The notes: generated from the sequence alone by a model not told the origin. 64,000 bases of DNA from Octopus vulgaris (GCA_951406725.2 OX597814.1:132804001-132868000); one strand, 5' to 3'. Positions 1 through 12,816 are shown, numbered from the stretch's first letter. Program-made: numbers and translations.

Positions 1-846
1 GATTTACTAAGTGAGCAGACAAAACTTCTTAAGAGATTTAGGAATATTCAGTATAGTCTTTAATTTAAAATAATATCAATAATTCTATCACTGTATTGGT
101 AAATTATTTTCGATTATGCTTGTAAAAATAATAGAAATATATCTTAGAAGTTTATCAATTCTAAAACTTCTTTGTCTCATATTAGCTTTTAATGTTATAT
201 CCAGTGAACTAGCACTTATGCCACAATGCATTTGCATGTAATAATAATGTCAGTGTGTTTTCTATTTCTTTTTACAGAGAATGTCATCTCTTACCGGTTG
301 CTTGAGCAACAAAAGAAATGTGTTTACTGTTATGATCACCTTGTTTTGTTTACTTGCCATTTAATCAATATTTCTGCAAAGCATTCAGATCCATCACTTT
401 GAATATGCCGGCTCTCTTTCGCTTACGTACTGACGTAAGATCTATCACATCAAAATACTTCTTAATGCATAGATTACTTAGAATAACAATGTAACAAATG
501 AAATCCTCACATTTAAGTACATTTATTTAGAATCCAACGGAGCAGCAGAGCTTCTAATTTGTTCATTTGATTTGCTAGAAATAACAATTGAAACGTTATC
601 TTATTTCACCACCCAAATGGGCGTGTGCGCACTAGATAATTTTGTCTAGATTTATTATATCTTAATGAAATAGCGAACGCTTAGAAATGGTAGCCTTTAG
701 CTCATAAGTCTGCTCTATAATTACTGATTTGTGAGCTCTAAGCAACAAGAACAAGGACTATAAGTACTCTTTAGCTTGCTGAGTTAAAATATTGCTGCTA
801 TAAACATGGTATTATTTTTATTCGTATAACCTAGATTTAGGCATTG

Positions 847-1048
847 GTTTCAAAATTTGGCACCAAGCCAGCAATATAGGAGTGGGTGTCAGTTGATTAC
901 ATCGACTCCAGTGTTCAACTGGTACTTATTTTATCGATCCCGAAAGGATAAAAGGCAAGGTCGACCGCAGCAGAATTTGAAATCATAACGTAAAATCAAA
1001 CGATATGTCGCTAAATATCTCGGCCGGCCTACTAACGATTCTGCCAGC
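847..1048 (-). mobile_element. SINE family A (tRNA-like head, GCCTTTCATCCTTTCGGGGTCGATAAA core), diverged copy
   Basis: Reverse complement of the family seen near-intact at 43466-43699 (CTGGCAGAATCGTTAG head, GTCGAC..GCCTTTTATCCTTTCGGGATCGATAAAATAAGTACCAG core). Confidence 0.85.
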
Positions 1049-1843
1049 ATTTAGATATAAATTTTAGACCAAGTTTTAGATATAAAAGATTAACTAGGCG
1101 AGCACATTCTTGTTAATCAGTTTCGTATTCTTCCTCGCATTGATATACTAAATGCTGCAACTGTATAGGTGTAATGTTTTACAAATATGGCATGCTCCTT
1201 AATCTGAACTCAATGCACTTCTTAGAACTTTTTAGTAAGAGTTTTGACACAAGTGTATCATAATACAAACATTTGTGACTTAATGTCATATAACATAATA
1301 CTATGTATATAACTTTTGACCTTTGACCATGCTGCTAAGCACACTGAATTCCTCACTAATAGTTGGTTGAATATATCCTCTCTGTGATTATGGCTGTGTT
1401 GTCTCCATGTCAAATATACAACCCACTTAAGAATTCTTCTGTTGTATTGCACACTCCACATTCCTTCTTCTCCAAACATTCAGTTATGTTTAAATATTTA
1501 TTAACCTTCACTTGCCCCAAGCTCTGGGTGTGATCCAGTAGGTATTTGTGTCAGACACAAGATGATGATGATGATGATACAGACAAACAGACTGATCAGA
1601 GAGCAGTATCAAAGAACTAAGACAAAAAACATGTCCGTTAATTGATATGATTGTGCCTCCTGACAGAAACATCCTAGGAAAAGAATTTGAAAAACGGTCG
1701 AAGTACTTCATTGGTACTCTGCGTTATCACTCTTCGGAAAGATGAAAGTCAAAGTTGACCTCTGTGGGTTTTGAACTCAAAATGTAAAATGCCGGAACGA
1801 ATGCCGCAACGAAGAAAATGAACAGTAGCAGCCAGCAACAGCG

Positions 1844-1899
1844 GTAGTAGTAGTAGTAGTAGTAAACTACTGCTGCTGCTGCTGCTACTACTACTACTG

Positions 1900-1976
<77 letters not shown>

Positions 1977-1988
1977 GTAGTAGTAGTT
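1844..1988. repeat. Compound trinucleotide microsatellite (GTA)n/(CTG)n/(CTA)n with strand switches
   Basis: Directly visible. Confidence 0.95.
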
Positions 1989-2602
1989 ATAGCAGTCGTG
2001 CCAAAAAATTATGTTGTTCTACTATTTTCGTTGTTACTACTATATATGTGTTACGGAGACATTATAGCAAAATACCAACAGAGGAAACAGTGAGGAAATG
2101 TTGAAAGGTGAAGCAAGTCAGAACTTGGATTGAATCAATATTGTCTTTAATAATATAGGTTGTTGCTTGAAGATTCTAATAATGAAATACCTGAATGTGT
2201 TCTTGGCGAAGACATCTGCAAACAATAGCATTTAAATATCATTATGCTTCTAATACAGGAAATATTCTCTCCACGCCACCAGAATTAGTTTCATCAAAAT
2301 CTTCAGAAAGACAATGGTCTTACTATTGAACGAAAAACTGATTCTTTGACACGTTAACCACGTAAAATACTATTATCACTTTCTGCTAATATCTTGTCGC
2401 ATCAGTATTTCATCTAAATTTGCTCGTATCTATAATGATTTATCTTCATAGGTAAAAAAAAAGAAGTCTGTTGATTCAGCCATGTGTGTGTGTTGTGTTT
2501 CTGTGTGCATGTATGTGTGAGTGTATATGTATATACATGTGTGTTAATGTGTGTGTGTGTGTATGTGTTTGTGCGCGTGTGTAGTTAAGTCTACGTCTGG
2601 TA

Positions 2603-2665
2603 TAGAGTAATCAATGGTTTCGCATCCACAAAAGGCTTAGTCCATGGACGTCTCATCAGACTCTA
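2603..2665 (-). ncRNA. Minimal type-I hammerhead ribozyme-like motif (Penelope pLTR type)
   Basis: Minus strand reads TAGAGT-CTGATGA-GACGTCCAT...GTGGATGC-GAAAC-CATTG-ATT-ACTCTA: 6-bp stem I, CUGAUGA and GAAA core, paired stem II; stem III has one mismatch. Confidence 0.7.
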
Positions 2666-2690
2666 AAGCCGCTGCAACCACAACCGGCTT

Positions 2691-2747
2691 TAGGGTCTGG
2701 CGAGACGTTCATGAGACTTACACTTTGTGGATGTGAAACCATTTGTC

Positions 2748-2752
<5 letters not shown>
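2691..2752 (+). ncRNA. Second, degenerate hammerhead-like motif, inverted relative to 2603-2665
   Basis: TAGGGT-CTGGCGA-GACGTTCAT...GTGGATGT-GAAAC-CATTT-GTC; core A6 is G; followed by (TA)n. Confidence 0.5.
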
Positions 2753-2795
<43 letters not shown>

Positions 2796-2929
2796 GATAG
2801 ATGGATATGGATGGATAGATGGATAGATAGATGGATGGATAGATGGATGGATAGATGGATGGATAGATGGATAGATAGATGGATAGATAGATGGATAGAT
2901 AGATGTATAGATAGATGGATAGATAGATG

Positions 2930-3026
<97 letters not shown>

Positions 3027-3036
3027 AGAGATAGAT
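2750..3036. repeat. (TA)n followed by (GATA)n/(GATG)n microsatellite
   Basis: Directly visible. Confidence 0.97.
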
Positions 3037-3967
3037 CTCATACAACTAATATATCCCAGTAAACTGAAATTGTTATGTTGATAGATGCCCAAATTATTTC
3101 ACTGAATCGTGAGAGGCGTTAGAGTATTTCAATCGATGTGTAGATTGTGGAGGTGAATATTTCCCGCATTTAACCCATTGTTTCAGAATGTGTGTGGTAG
3201 GGTATAAGTATGTACATAAGCGTGCTGTACCTCGCTCGAAGGAAATAAAATTAGCTTGGTTCAAAAGACTTTTACTGCATTCTAATTTGCTTATATATCA
3301 ATAAATATCAAACCAACAATCATAATGACAACTAGGATTGTAGAGGTACATTGATATAATTAATTCCTAATATTTAAAGTACTGTATCTTCATTTACAGT
3401 AAATGTCAGCGAATGAGAGAGAATTTTTTAAACGTCCTTTTCGTAAGATCATCGGTACTCTGTCTCTTCTTATAACTAATTTCTTTAAAATATGACGTGA
3501 TTAACTCTTACTGTAGTTAAAATCAAATATATTGTTTATTTCCTATATTCAGAGAAGGCGACAGCGACAGTACGTCAGTGATAGTTAAATTCAGAATGAT
3601 CAACAGAAATCCCTTTAAATTCAGCAGGAATCAAATTTAAACGTATATAATATATTTATGTTATTTATTACTAACACAAAGCTCCGAAGCTAACTGTGGA
3701 TCAGAACAACTCTAACTAGATTTTTGATCGATTTTTTTCACACAGTGCCTTCTATATGAAATATATTATTGATTTGCTCCGTTCACACAAGATTACAATT
3801 TCATACAGAATGGACATCATGGATTATTGAATTCAATAAGTCGAGAATCAGTGATGCTCAGGGCGAGATTTTAGCAGATGTTTTAGAAACAAATATATAC
3901 CAAGAGTTTTCGTTTGGTGCGTTTCTTTCTTTTCCACTAGATAATAACAATAATGATTCTAAGATAG

Positions 3968-5132
3968 TGAGGGTCGGTTGAAAAACCTATACCCTGGTAT
4001 GTGACTAAATGAGGTTTATTTTTCAACATAAATTCCCTTGCGGTCCAGACACTCCTTCTGTCGCTGTTGCAGTGCTTGGATTTCATTGATGAAAGCTTGC
4101 ATCCAGTTGATAAAAGACGTTATGAACAGCAGAGATGATGCCATTATCACTGCGATACTGGTTTCCAGTCAGGTGCTTTTTCCTGTTGGTGAACAGATAA
4201 TAGTTAAATGGGGACAAATCAGGAAAAAAATAGGGAGGGTGATCAATCAGTTCTAAACCATTGAAACCAAGGACTTGTATGCTGCATCATTGTCCTGATG
4301 AAACAAGTTACCTTTCGTTAGTTTTACTGGCGTTTGGTCTTGATAGCCTCTCGTAACAACTTCAGCAAGTTGGCACAGTACTCTCCATTGAGAGTATAAT
4401 GCGTTTCGTACTTGGACAAACAGGCCATCTGCTTTCTGCAGACGAAACGACCTTGGCGTTCTTTGAAGTAAGTGAGGAACGGTGTTTCCACTGCATGGAT
4501 TGTCTCTTTGTCTCTGGCTCAAAGTGATGAAGCCAATACTCATCCTGATGTGGTGAGACTAGTGCGCTTTTGATCAGGTCTCAGAAGACGTGGCAGAGTA
4601 GAAACCTTTGTCATGCCAAGTATATTGTGCAGAGTATTTTCAACTCTCCAACGGGATATGAAAATAACATTGGTTATTTGATATATAGTCAATCGCCAGT
4701 CATCCATCAACATGTGGTGTACATGATCAATATTTTCCTCGGTGGTGGCAGTTGACGGTTATCCAGACCTTGTCATCTTCAAAACTCTCCTCTCCCTTCC
4801 CCTCCCAAATTCAGCTGCCTGCTTTTGCATTATTGATAAAGCTGAAGCGTCATTCCATAATGTAGCAATCATGTCAGCGTGAACCTTGTTGGGGGCTAAA
4901 ACCACTTTCTCCAGGTACTTGATAACACCACGATGTTAAATTTTGATCCTTTTCAAGAGAAGTCGCTAGTAGTTACTTTCGAAGTCTTGTTTGGATAGTC
5001 AGATGTCAGTTTACCTGGAAAGAAACGATGATGTTATTTATAAGAGGAGTTGAAATGAAAGCATGCAAGATATCACAGCTCTAGAATCATCCTCTAATAG
5101 GCTGCCTATGAATCATTTAGTACACCATCGTA
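3968..5132 (-). mobile_element. Decayed mariner (DD34D-type) DNA transposon with transposase pseudogene at ~4025-4950
   Basis: Minus-strand translation across frameshifts gives HRGVIKYL..HADMIATL, TATTEENIDHVHHMLMDD, WLHHFEPETKRQSMQWKH, FHQDN.AAYKS and HPPY..PDLSP.NYYLF..KKHLTGNQYRSD. Degenerate TIRs GAGGGTCGGTTGAAAA and TTTAGTACACCATCG-TA. Confidence 0.9.
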
Positions 5133-5159
5133 AGCAAGATCCCAGAAGTTTGGTAAGGA

Positions 5160-5325
5160 GACGACTGGTCGATTACATCCATCTCAATGTTTATTGGTAC
5201 TTTATCCTATCGACCACGGAAGTGGGAAATGAAATGTTGACCTCGGTGTGATTTGATCTCACGATATAAAAAGACTAACGAAATATTGCAAAGCATTTTG
5301 TCTGACTCTCTAACGATTCAGCCAG
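5160..5325 (-). mobile_element. SINE family A, diverged
   Basis: GTCGATTACATC..GGTACTTTATCCTATCGACC..TTGACCTCGG..CTAACGATTCAGCCAG matches family A in reverse. Confidence 0.7.
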
Positions 5326-6930
5326 ATCTAAATATTTTTTTGTTGTTATGTCGTAAAATATATAAATTACCTAGAGTTTCTAAAGTTATTCTCTATTAAA
5401 TATTATATTTAGTCATTTGATTTCCTTTTTTGTATTCTCACATTTTTTGTATTTTATTTTCAATATTGAATATGATTATTTGTAATGCAATATCGTATAT
5501 TTCTACGTCGGAAGTAATGGCGGCCAAAATACAAGTGGATCTGATATTCCAGAAACGAATAGCAATTCTTCAATGTACGCGCAGGACGAATTACGTATTG
5601 ATTATTTTCTGTAACAAGTCATATGATTTGCTTCAGAAAACAATCGATGCCATACAGAAGTTTTTGCTGCAACGAATTACATTAACAGGGAGATGAAAAG
5701 TGTGGATGTTCGCAGAGTTTTAGATTTGTTTGATCAGAAATGTATTCATTTCTGCTGATTACTCGATACACCTGAAGCAAGAATAAGAATTGTTCCTACA
5801 AAATTCCAAATTACAGAAACTTGTAGTAACCGTTGACTGTTAGAGTTCATTATTCTTTTCAGTATTGTATATAGCTGAAGCCGAATAGGCGGTCAATGAA
5901 CCTTTCAGCTCAGGTTTGATTGATTATTTTAAGTACTTGAAGTAAGACAACTTCTAATGGTCTCTCTAGAGCAAATTGCTCATGCAAATCATTATCATGA
6001 AACAAACATTATGTCTTTAGTAGACACTGTTACATGAACTCTTAAATTAGTATAACTTAAATTATTAATGCTAAAAGAAATTGATCCTTTATGATATTCG
6101 CAGGACTTTCTAAGATTTAGCGGTATGAAGAAAAGTAATTTTAAATGGTGTTAGGAATTTAATTGCTGAAAACTTTCGTTTCGTTTAGCTTTTCGTCTTA
6201 CATCTTCTTCTCTTCATTTTTATATTCGAATAGAGTACACGCACGAGAAAAATAGTGGGAGGGAAAGAGAGACAGACAGAGAGACAGAGGGGGAGAGAGA
6301 GAGAGATAGAGATTCATGGTACTGTAAACTCATCTTCCGGTCTCTACTGGCAGCTAGTTTATTGCTGCAGTCGACAGTGATGAACTGAAAGTAATTGAGG
6401 ATATATTCATAAATACCCAAGCTCAACAACGTTTTTGCTTTGTTCTGAAATACCCTGTATCCGGTGACCAGTAGCGAGATTCGAAGTTAGAATGCACAGA
6501 TTTGAAAAACAGGACGCATGGTATCTCGTCCAACAATTCTAACAATTCACCTAGACTGATGTAATTTGAAACCAAAGTACTTAGAGCCGGGACGAATATA
6601 GCAAGATATATTAACCAGCGTTAAAAGAACTCTAATTATTTCACTACCTAAGGAATAGGTCAGATATATAATAAACTATACATTTAAAATGAACTTATAC
6701 TGATTTGATACTAATTAATCAAGAAATAAATTGCAGACAGCAGAGAATTGTAGATTTTTCTTTCACCAAGCTATAAAAGATAGAAAAATAGAAAAGCAAG
6801 TAACACACTCACACGTATGTTATATATATTATAAATATATAACACATACAAATAATGTATATATGCATTATGTAAATACATACACACATGTATGTATGTA
6901 TATATGTGTATGTGTGTGTGTACATATGCA

Positions 6931-6972
<42 letters not shown>

Positions 6973-8159
6973 AATATATAACTTAGCTGAGCATATCACT
7001 GCACACAGAGAGTTCAGATTAAGGAGCATGCCCTGCACGGAGAATTCGTTATTCGATGACTATCACAGGTCTTTGATGTTCATAACAAGCCGCTACGATT
7101 GGGCTAAGTACGAAGTAAGAAATTATTCACAAATTATCCATCTTAGATGGAATTTCACAGCATATGATAAGGTTGAAAGATGTTGCCGTTCTAAGAAATG
7201 GTAGCCCTTTGAAATTAAGGAGCAGTTTAGGAGCTTTCAAGGCTGAGTGAAATAATTATTGTGAGTATATGTTGTAGATGGATGGGACCAGCCACACTAA
7301 ATTGCTATAATCATTAAGATAGAAAACATTAATTATATCACAACGATAAATGCATCGAGAAGTAGCTAGTGTCAAAACAATGCGTAATATATGAGTGAAT
7401 ATGTGTGACTCTCTAATGTATATATGCCTCTATGTATTGTGTGTGTGCGTGTATGTGTACGTGTGTTTGTGTGTGCGTGTGCCCTTTTCCCTTTTCCTGC
7501 AATTTAAATTAATGGTCCTATACCAACCGTTACATGTTGATGAAGTACTCCGGAATTTTCAAATAGAAGCGCGAATGACATTCTACATTTGTGAAGCCAT
7601 TAGTATTACATCATTAATTTAAATTCCATAAAAGAATTTATTTTCTATTTTTCCGGTACTGAACAGTCTACTTTCAGTTCATTATTAAAGTATCGTGTAT
7701 GAATGTAAATCTGCGTGCGTATGCACGAGTGTGTATGTGTGCATACATGAATTTATAATTAACTACCATTTAATGCTGCCAGTCAGTTTCCAGTAATCAG
7801 CTGCCAACCAGAGAGTGTGGTGATTTCAGAGAATATTACTATTTTCTGTGAACGTTCTCACTGTGAAGCTTGTTGAAAATCTGCAGAACTTCATAAACCA
7901 TGCCTCATATAATGGATAAATGCACAAACTTCAACCAAACTATTACTAATTTAGGAAGTTGGTAAATGCCTCCATTCTTAACATTCCACGTGAGAGTGGG
8001 AAGTTATATCTCTGACGAAGTAACGAAGCCATGACAACTCACTTCTAAAGAGTTAATTTCTAAGCACCGGATTTACATTTTCATACAAATTTTCAATTTT
8101 AAGCAGCTTACATCATAAGCTTATTAAACACTACTGGAAGAGGAAAATACTCATCATAC

Positions 8160-8560
8160 CAGAAAAAATGAATGCAAAGGTATATATCCCGCAAGCTAGA
8201 AAATACCAATAACATTGACAGGAAAACGACGCCCACCTGATTCTTGATAGCTACTTCCCATGCCTCTTATCTCACATAGAAAGCTATATCTTTGCTCTCC
8301 AGGATAGGGGATAGCTACAGATATCTGAGCAATGATAGAAACAAGGATACCTCTAGGGCTCTACTTTGCGACAGAAAATGTTGATTGTATCACATCAGCA
8401 TGCAAGATATCACCCATACCATCCACAGCATATTGCGGCTGCATATTATGAACCTCTCGTGAAGCATTTTTGCTAGAACAGTCTTCAATACCATACACAG
8501 AAAGTAAGTGCTTGACAGAAATATCAAATAAACATAGGAATCAGAATGCATCTACGCTTT
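8160..8560 (+). mobile_element. Highly decayed R4/Dong-like LINE fragment (region before the zinc knuckle)
   Basis: SHIESYIFALQD..IAT.YL...CDRKC*LYH..QDITH is alignable by eye to the better-preserved 15480-15650 segment (HFEGYAFVFQE..YL..CDNRCRLC..EDINH). Confidence 0.5.
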
Positions 8561-8723
8561 TAAAAATAATGGACACTGCTGTAACATTCCAATTTTAAAA
8601 AATACAGCAATACAGTACATGCACATTATGCCAGATATGTGTGACAAGGTACGAAAGCCATGAACCGATATAGAATCAGCTGCCTACCAAATGTGATTGT
8701 TTTGTCAAATTCAGAGATAGGTA

Positions 8724-9784
8724 CAGTGTGACAAAGGACAAATTCGTGTTTGATAAGTGCCAATACACGAAACTCTCAGCAGTTGATTTACTGTCTAACT
8801 TCTACCGATGATATATATATATATACATATGTATAAAAAATCTCATCATGGTGCAACCAACAACATGGTAAAAATCCCTGCCATTAATTTGGTGTGGATG
8901 GGTAATATCAAATGATTCAATCACAACATATATTTTAATTAAAAATGAAAAAATTGAAATATTACAATTTACATAGAAAAATTGAAGTATTATTTTCCAG
9001 TATGTTATAAGGTAAAATCTTAAATTATTAATTGACATATTATTAATTATCTTATAACAGAATTATGGAGATGTACTTGCATAGCAAGTGATTTGATCTG
9101 AGATCGTGTGCTGAAACGAAAACAATTGCAGTGTGGAAGGTGTTTGTAAGCCATTTAAGAAACGCACAAAAGCCGTTCGATTCACTTCAACATTTAAGTT
9201 TAATTTATCAAAATATTTTCGTCGCTTTAAGACCGCGACCTGTTCACTGACGACAAAAATTCGTGCTGCATTCCTGGAAAAATCATGGATTAGATGCAAA
9301 AGTGCGAGCATAAAAATTAATATTTTTAGGACTATAAACCTGGAAAAGTATAGGACAAGTTATTACACCTAAAAAAGTATAGGACAAACAATTACTTCAA
9401 GTAATCTCAGATCAAATCACTTGCTATGCAAGTACATCTCCGTAATTCTGTTATAAGATAATTAATAATATGTCAATTAATAATTTAAGATTTTACCTTA
9501 TAACATACTGAAAAATAATACTTCAATTTTTCTATGTAAATTGTAATATTTCAATTTTTTCATTTTTAATTAAAATATATGTTGTGATTGAATCATTTGA
9601 TATTACCCATCCACACCAAATTAATGGCAGGGATTTTTACCATGTTGTTGGTTGCACCATGATGAGATTTTTTATACATATGTATATATATATATATCAT
9701 CGGCAGAAGTTAGACAGTAAATCAACTGGTGAGAGTTTCGTGTATTGGCACTTATCAAACACGAATTTGTCCTTTGTCACACAG
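8724..9784. mobile_element. Non-autonomous Tc1/mariner-superfamily element (MITE/foldback) with 381-bp TIRs and TA TSD
   Basis: 8724-9104 is the reverse complement of 9404-9784 with about 5 mismatches seen. Termini CAGTGTGACAAAGG / CCTTTGTCACACAG; TA at 8722-8723 and 9785-9786; 299-bp non-coding core. Confidence 0.95.
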
Positions 9785-9925
9785 TAACTTCCGACGAAAT
9801 AACTTCTAAAGTACAAAATTTTGTCAAAAACGTAAAGAGTAAACCCTATTCTATGTGGCACATTCTACCAGTATCGGAAGTTTGAAAGTGTTTACTTAAA
9901 AAAAATTAATCAAATAATTTATATA

Positions 9926-10032
9926 TCAAAGTCGACCTCGGCGAAATTCGAACTAAAAAAAACGTAACGACTCACGAAATATCGTTAAGCATCTCGGACG
10001 TCGCGCTAACGTTTCGGCCAGCTCACTGCCTT
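9926..10032 (-). mobile_element. SINE family A, 5' half
   Basis: CAAAGTCGACCTCGGCGAAATTCGAAC...GCTAACGTTTCGGCCAGCTCACTGCCTT. Confidence 0.8.
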
Positions 10033-11250
10033 CGAATGAAAGCATTCATTTTAGAAATATATTCTTTATTCTTATTGCCTAAGCGTTACTCCCTTCCTTA
10101 CTTACTGACATGAAATTTTGTAACGTTTTACCTCATAACTTTTTTCTACTAATTTTTGTTCAATGCGACTAGCGATTCTGAATTCCTCATGCATTTTTCT
10201 ATCATTTAAGCCTAAAAAATGTATACTTTTACTTTAAAATTTATATTAATTGAAGATGAATATCTGCTTACTGCCCCTTGATGTCGTAGATATTTTGATG
10301 CGACTTTTTTTTTCTACTGAGCCAAATCTCAAGCTATTTATGCCAATGTGTAGCTGAGGAGGTGTCCTCTTTAAAACTATTAACAAATTTTCAATTTAGT
10401 TGAGAACTGAATTAGTGGTGAAGCTTGGAAGCTGCTGCGATTGACGAAAGAGAGAGAGAGGAATAGAGAGAGTGAGAGTCAAAGTGATGCATCAAAACTA
10501 TGCTGCCACTCATTATAGCAGAGTAGGCTGGAGCAACGTGAAGGAAAGTGTCTTATTCAAAGACAGAAAAACCCAGTCGATTGAGAAATTGAACTCAAGA
10601 TTTTATGACTGTGGACCACTAAGTCCTACATCGTCACAAAACGATATTTTAAATTATCAAAATATGTCTACATGCCTGCTCTGTCTGACGTCCTTGCTGC
10701 TGATTTGTATTATTAATGCAAGACTACAAATTGTAAGGCAGGTACATTATCTCTTTAAGTGATTCCAGTATGTTACCGGTATTATTTAATCAAATTGTAT
10801 AAGTGAAAAGGAAAATTCAGTCTTGATCTTCATATCACTTGTGGTCAAACAATCATTAGATTTAGAATCTTTGAATCATATACGAGCTACAAAAATACCG
10901 TCCTTCATTTGCAAGCTCAGAATAGAAGATTGCATTTGCTCTAGAGCATAAGATCCGTCACTGATATTTCTACAATACCACTGTTAGTGTACACAGAGGA
11001 ATTATTTCACATGTAAGTCATTATTTTTTATCTAATAAACTTGTTTGTATGTAAAAACATAAAAAAGATCTATTCGTGCCTGAAGAGACTGAAATAATAT
11101 CAATGCCTCTTTGAAGTCGTTGCAAATACAATGAATTCATTTTGTGAGATAACTGAAATTTGCAAGAAAGCTGTATCGAATAAAATAATGCGAAAGAATA
11201 GTTTTAAAACTGATAACAGACGTATTGGACTGAATAATCATTATTGTTAT

Positions 11251-11925
11251 CAATGCCTATACACAGCTTCTAACGCGGGAGATGTACTACGGTGTCATCT
11301 GTTTACTACCAGTGAACTAAAGAAACAGTTCATATTTTTCGAGCACCTTCCGGAGTATTCGAGCGGTTCCAAGCAGTGCTGTTTCCTGCAAGTTCTCCAC
11401 ACTTATTGCAGCCCCTATTTGTTCCATGTATTTCACAATTTTATTACTCACAGTTCCCAAGGCTCCGACAATTATTGGTACTACTACCATCTTTTTCATC
11501 GACCACAACTGCTTAAACTCTCAAGATAACTTTTCATATCTATCAACTTTTCTTTCTTCCTTAACGCATACCTTGTTGTCAGCTGGACATGCTATACCTA
11601 TGATCCAGCATAGTTTGCTTTCTTTCTCAATTACGACTATGTCTCTCTTCATATTCTCTATCTCATGGTCGCACTGAGTCATAAAATCCCACAGGATCTT
11701 TGCATTATCATTTTCGATGATGCCTTCGGGTTTGTGGTCGTACCAATTTTTTGGTTTGTCAAGTGCATACTTGTTGCAAAGTGTCCAATGGACAAGCCTT
11801 GCTATATTGTCGTGGCGTCTCTTATATTCCTTCTGGGCTAGTAGCGTACATTGGCTGGTAATACGCCATACGGTTTCACCATTTTGTCCACAGATTCTGC
11901 ACTTATCATGTTCTGATGTCTTGTC

Positions 11926-11926
<1 letters not shown>
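11251..11926 (-). mobile_element. 5'-truncated R4/Dong-like non-LTR retrotransposon: CCHC knuckle, restriction-like endonuclease and 3' UTR
   Basis: CRICGQNGETVWRITSQC..YKRRHD..ILWDF..KRDIV..IACP..EERKVDRY..VPIIVGALG. ORFs 11521-11991 and 11317-11508 share a frame, split by one TGA. The knuckle H and the PD..D motif are mutated. Confidence 0.9.
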
Positions 11927-11988
<62 letters not shown>

Positions 11989-12010
11989 CATGAATATTAT
12001 TATTATTATT
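11927..12010. repeat. (ATT)n/(TAA)n microsatellite at the 5' junction of the R4-like element
   Basis: Directly visible. Confidence 0.95.
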
Positions 12011-12094
12011 TTATATTATTTAATGCTAATTGTACTTATGATATAAAATGCCTGAAAGAAAGAAAGGAACCGGAACTATGATATCGAATCTATA

Positions 12095-12300
12095 TAGTCA
12101 CTCGACGTGCGAGACATCACCAATCTTACCCTACTACCTTAAAAGAATGAAATCATTGATGTATTATCTCTGAATGAAATCATTGACGTATTATCTCTGA
12201 AAATACGTGTATGACGATGGATTAGTCAAAACAAGAATGTCTTTCTTGATAGGTCTGCTTGAATAGGATTGACCTATGGTTAAGCAACAGCAATAGCAAC
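12095..12300 (-). mobile_element. Interspersed repeat family D (unclassified); other copies near 540-760, 19265-19450, 19500-19720, 22905-23110, 28540-28720, 29790-29990 and 41400-41480
   Basis: Shared motifs such as GTGTGATTTGAGGGAGATTT..CTATTTCTAGCA and GACCT..GGTTAAGCAACA recur at these positions in both orientations. Confidence 0.55.
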
Positions 12301-12759
12301 CAACAGGAAAATAAATTTCCCTTAATATACAGCTTGTGTCATGCTTGGAAAAGAACAACCGAAAACATATGTCCACTGCATAGTCTGTCACGTCTCAAAA
12401 AAAAAATGAGAAACAAATAGTGAATATTCATATTTTCTCTTCTTTTCAGAATCATGCGAAAGGCATACATCATACGATCACAATTATGTAAACACAACTA
12501 CTACAGCTTCCATCAGCTGCATTTGACAATCAAGTACTGCTCAACGACTATTATTTATGGCATATGCTTGATTATTTGTCATAGAGATAATACTTAAAGA
12601 GACGGTTATCTGTACAAAAGTATAATGCGCCTAAACAGTTGTGCATTAGTGGAAGTTAAAAATCGATAAGATTCGGGGAAAAAGAATTTCATAATATGCT
12701 TGTGTGTGACTGTATGTGCGTGCGTGTGTATGCATGTGTACACAAGCGCATATATAAGA

Positions 12760-12814
<55 letters not shown>

Positions 12815-12816
12815 TG

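Noticed and set aside
8802-9787. Two ORFs with identical peptides (8802-9038 minus and 9584-9787 plus) as duplicated genes
   Set aside because: They are the two arms of the MITE TIR.
12145-12198. 27-bp tandem duplication (also a 20-bp tandem at ~54397-54444) as a CRISPR-like array
   Set aside because: Only two to three adjacent units with no spacers; ordinary slippage duplications in eukaryotic DNA.
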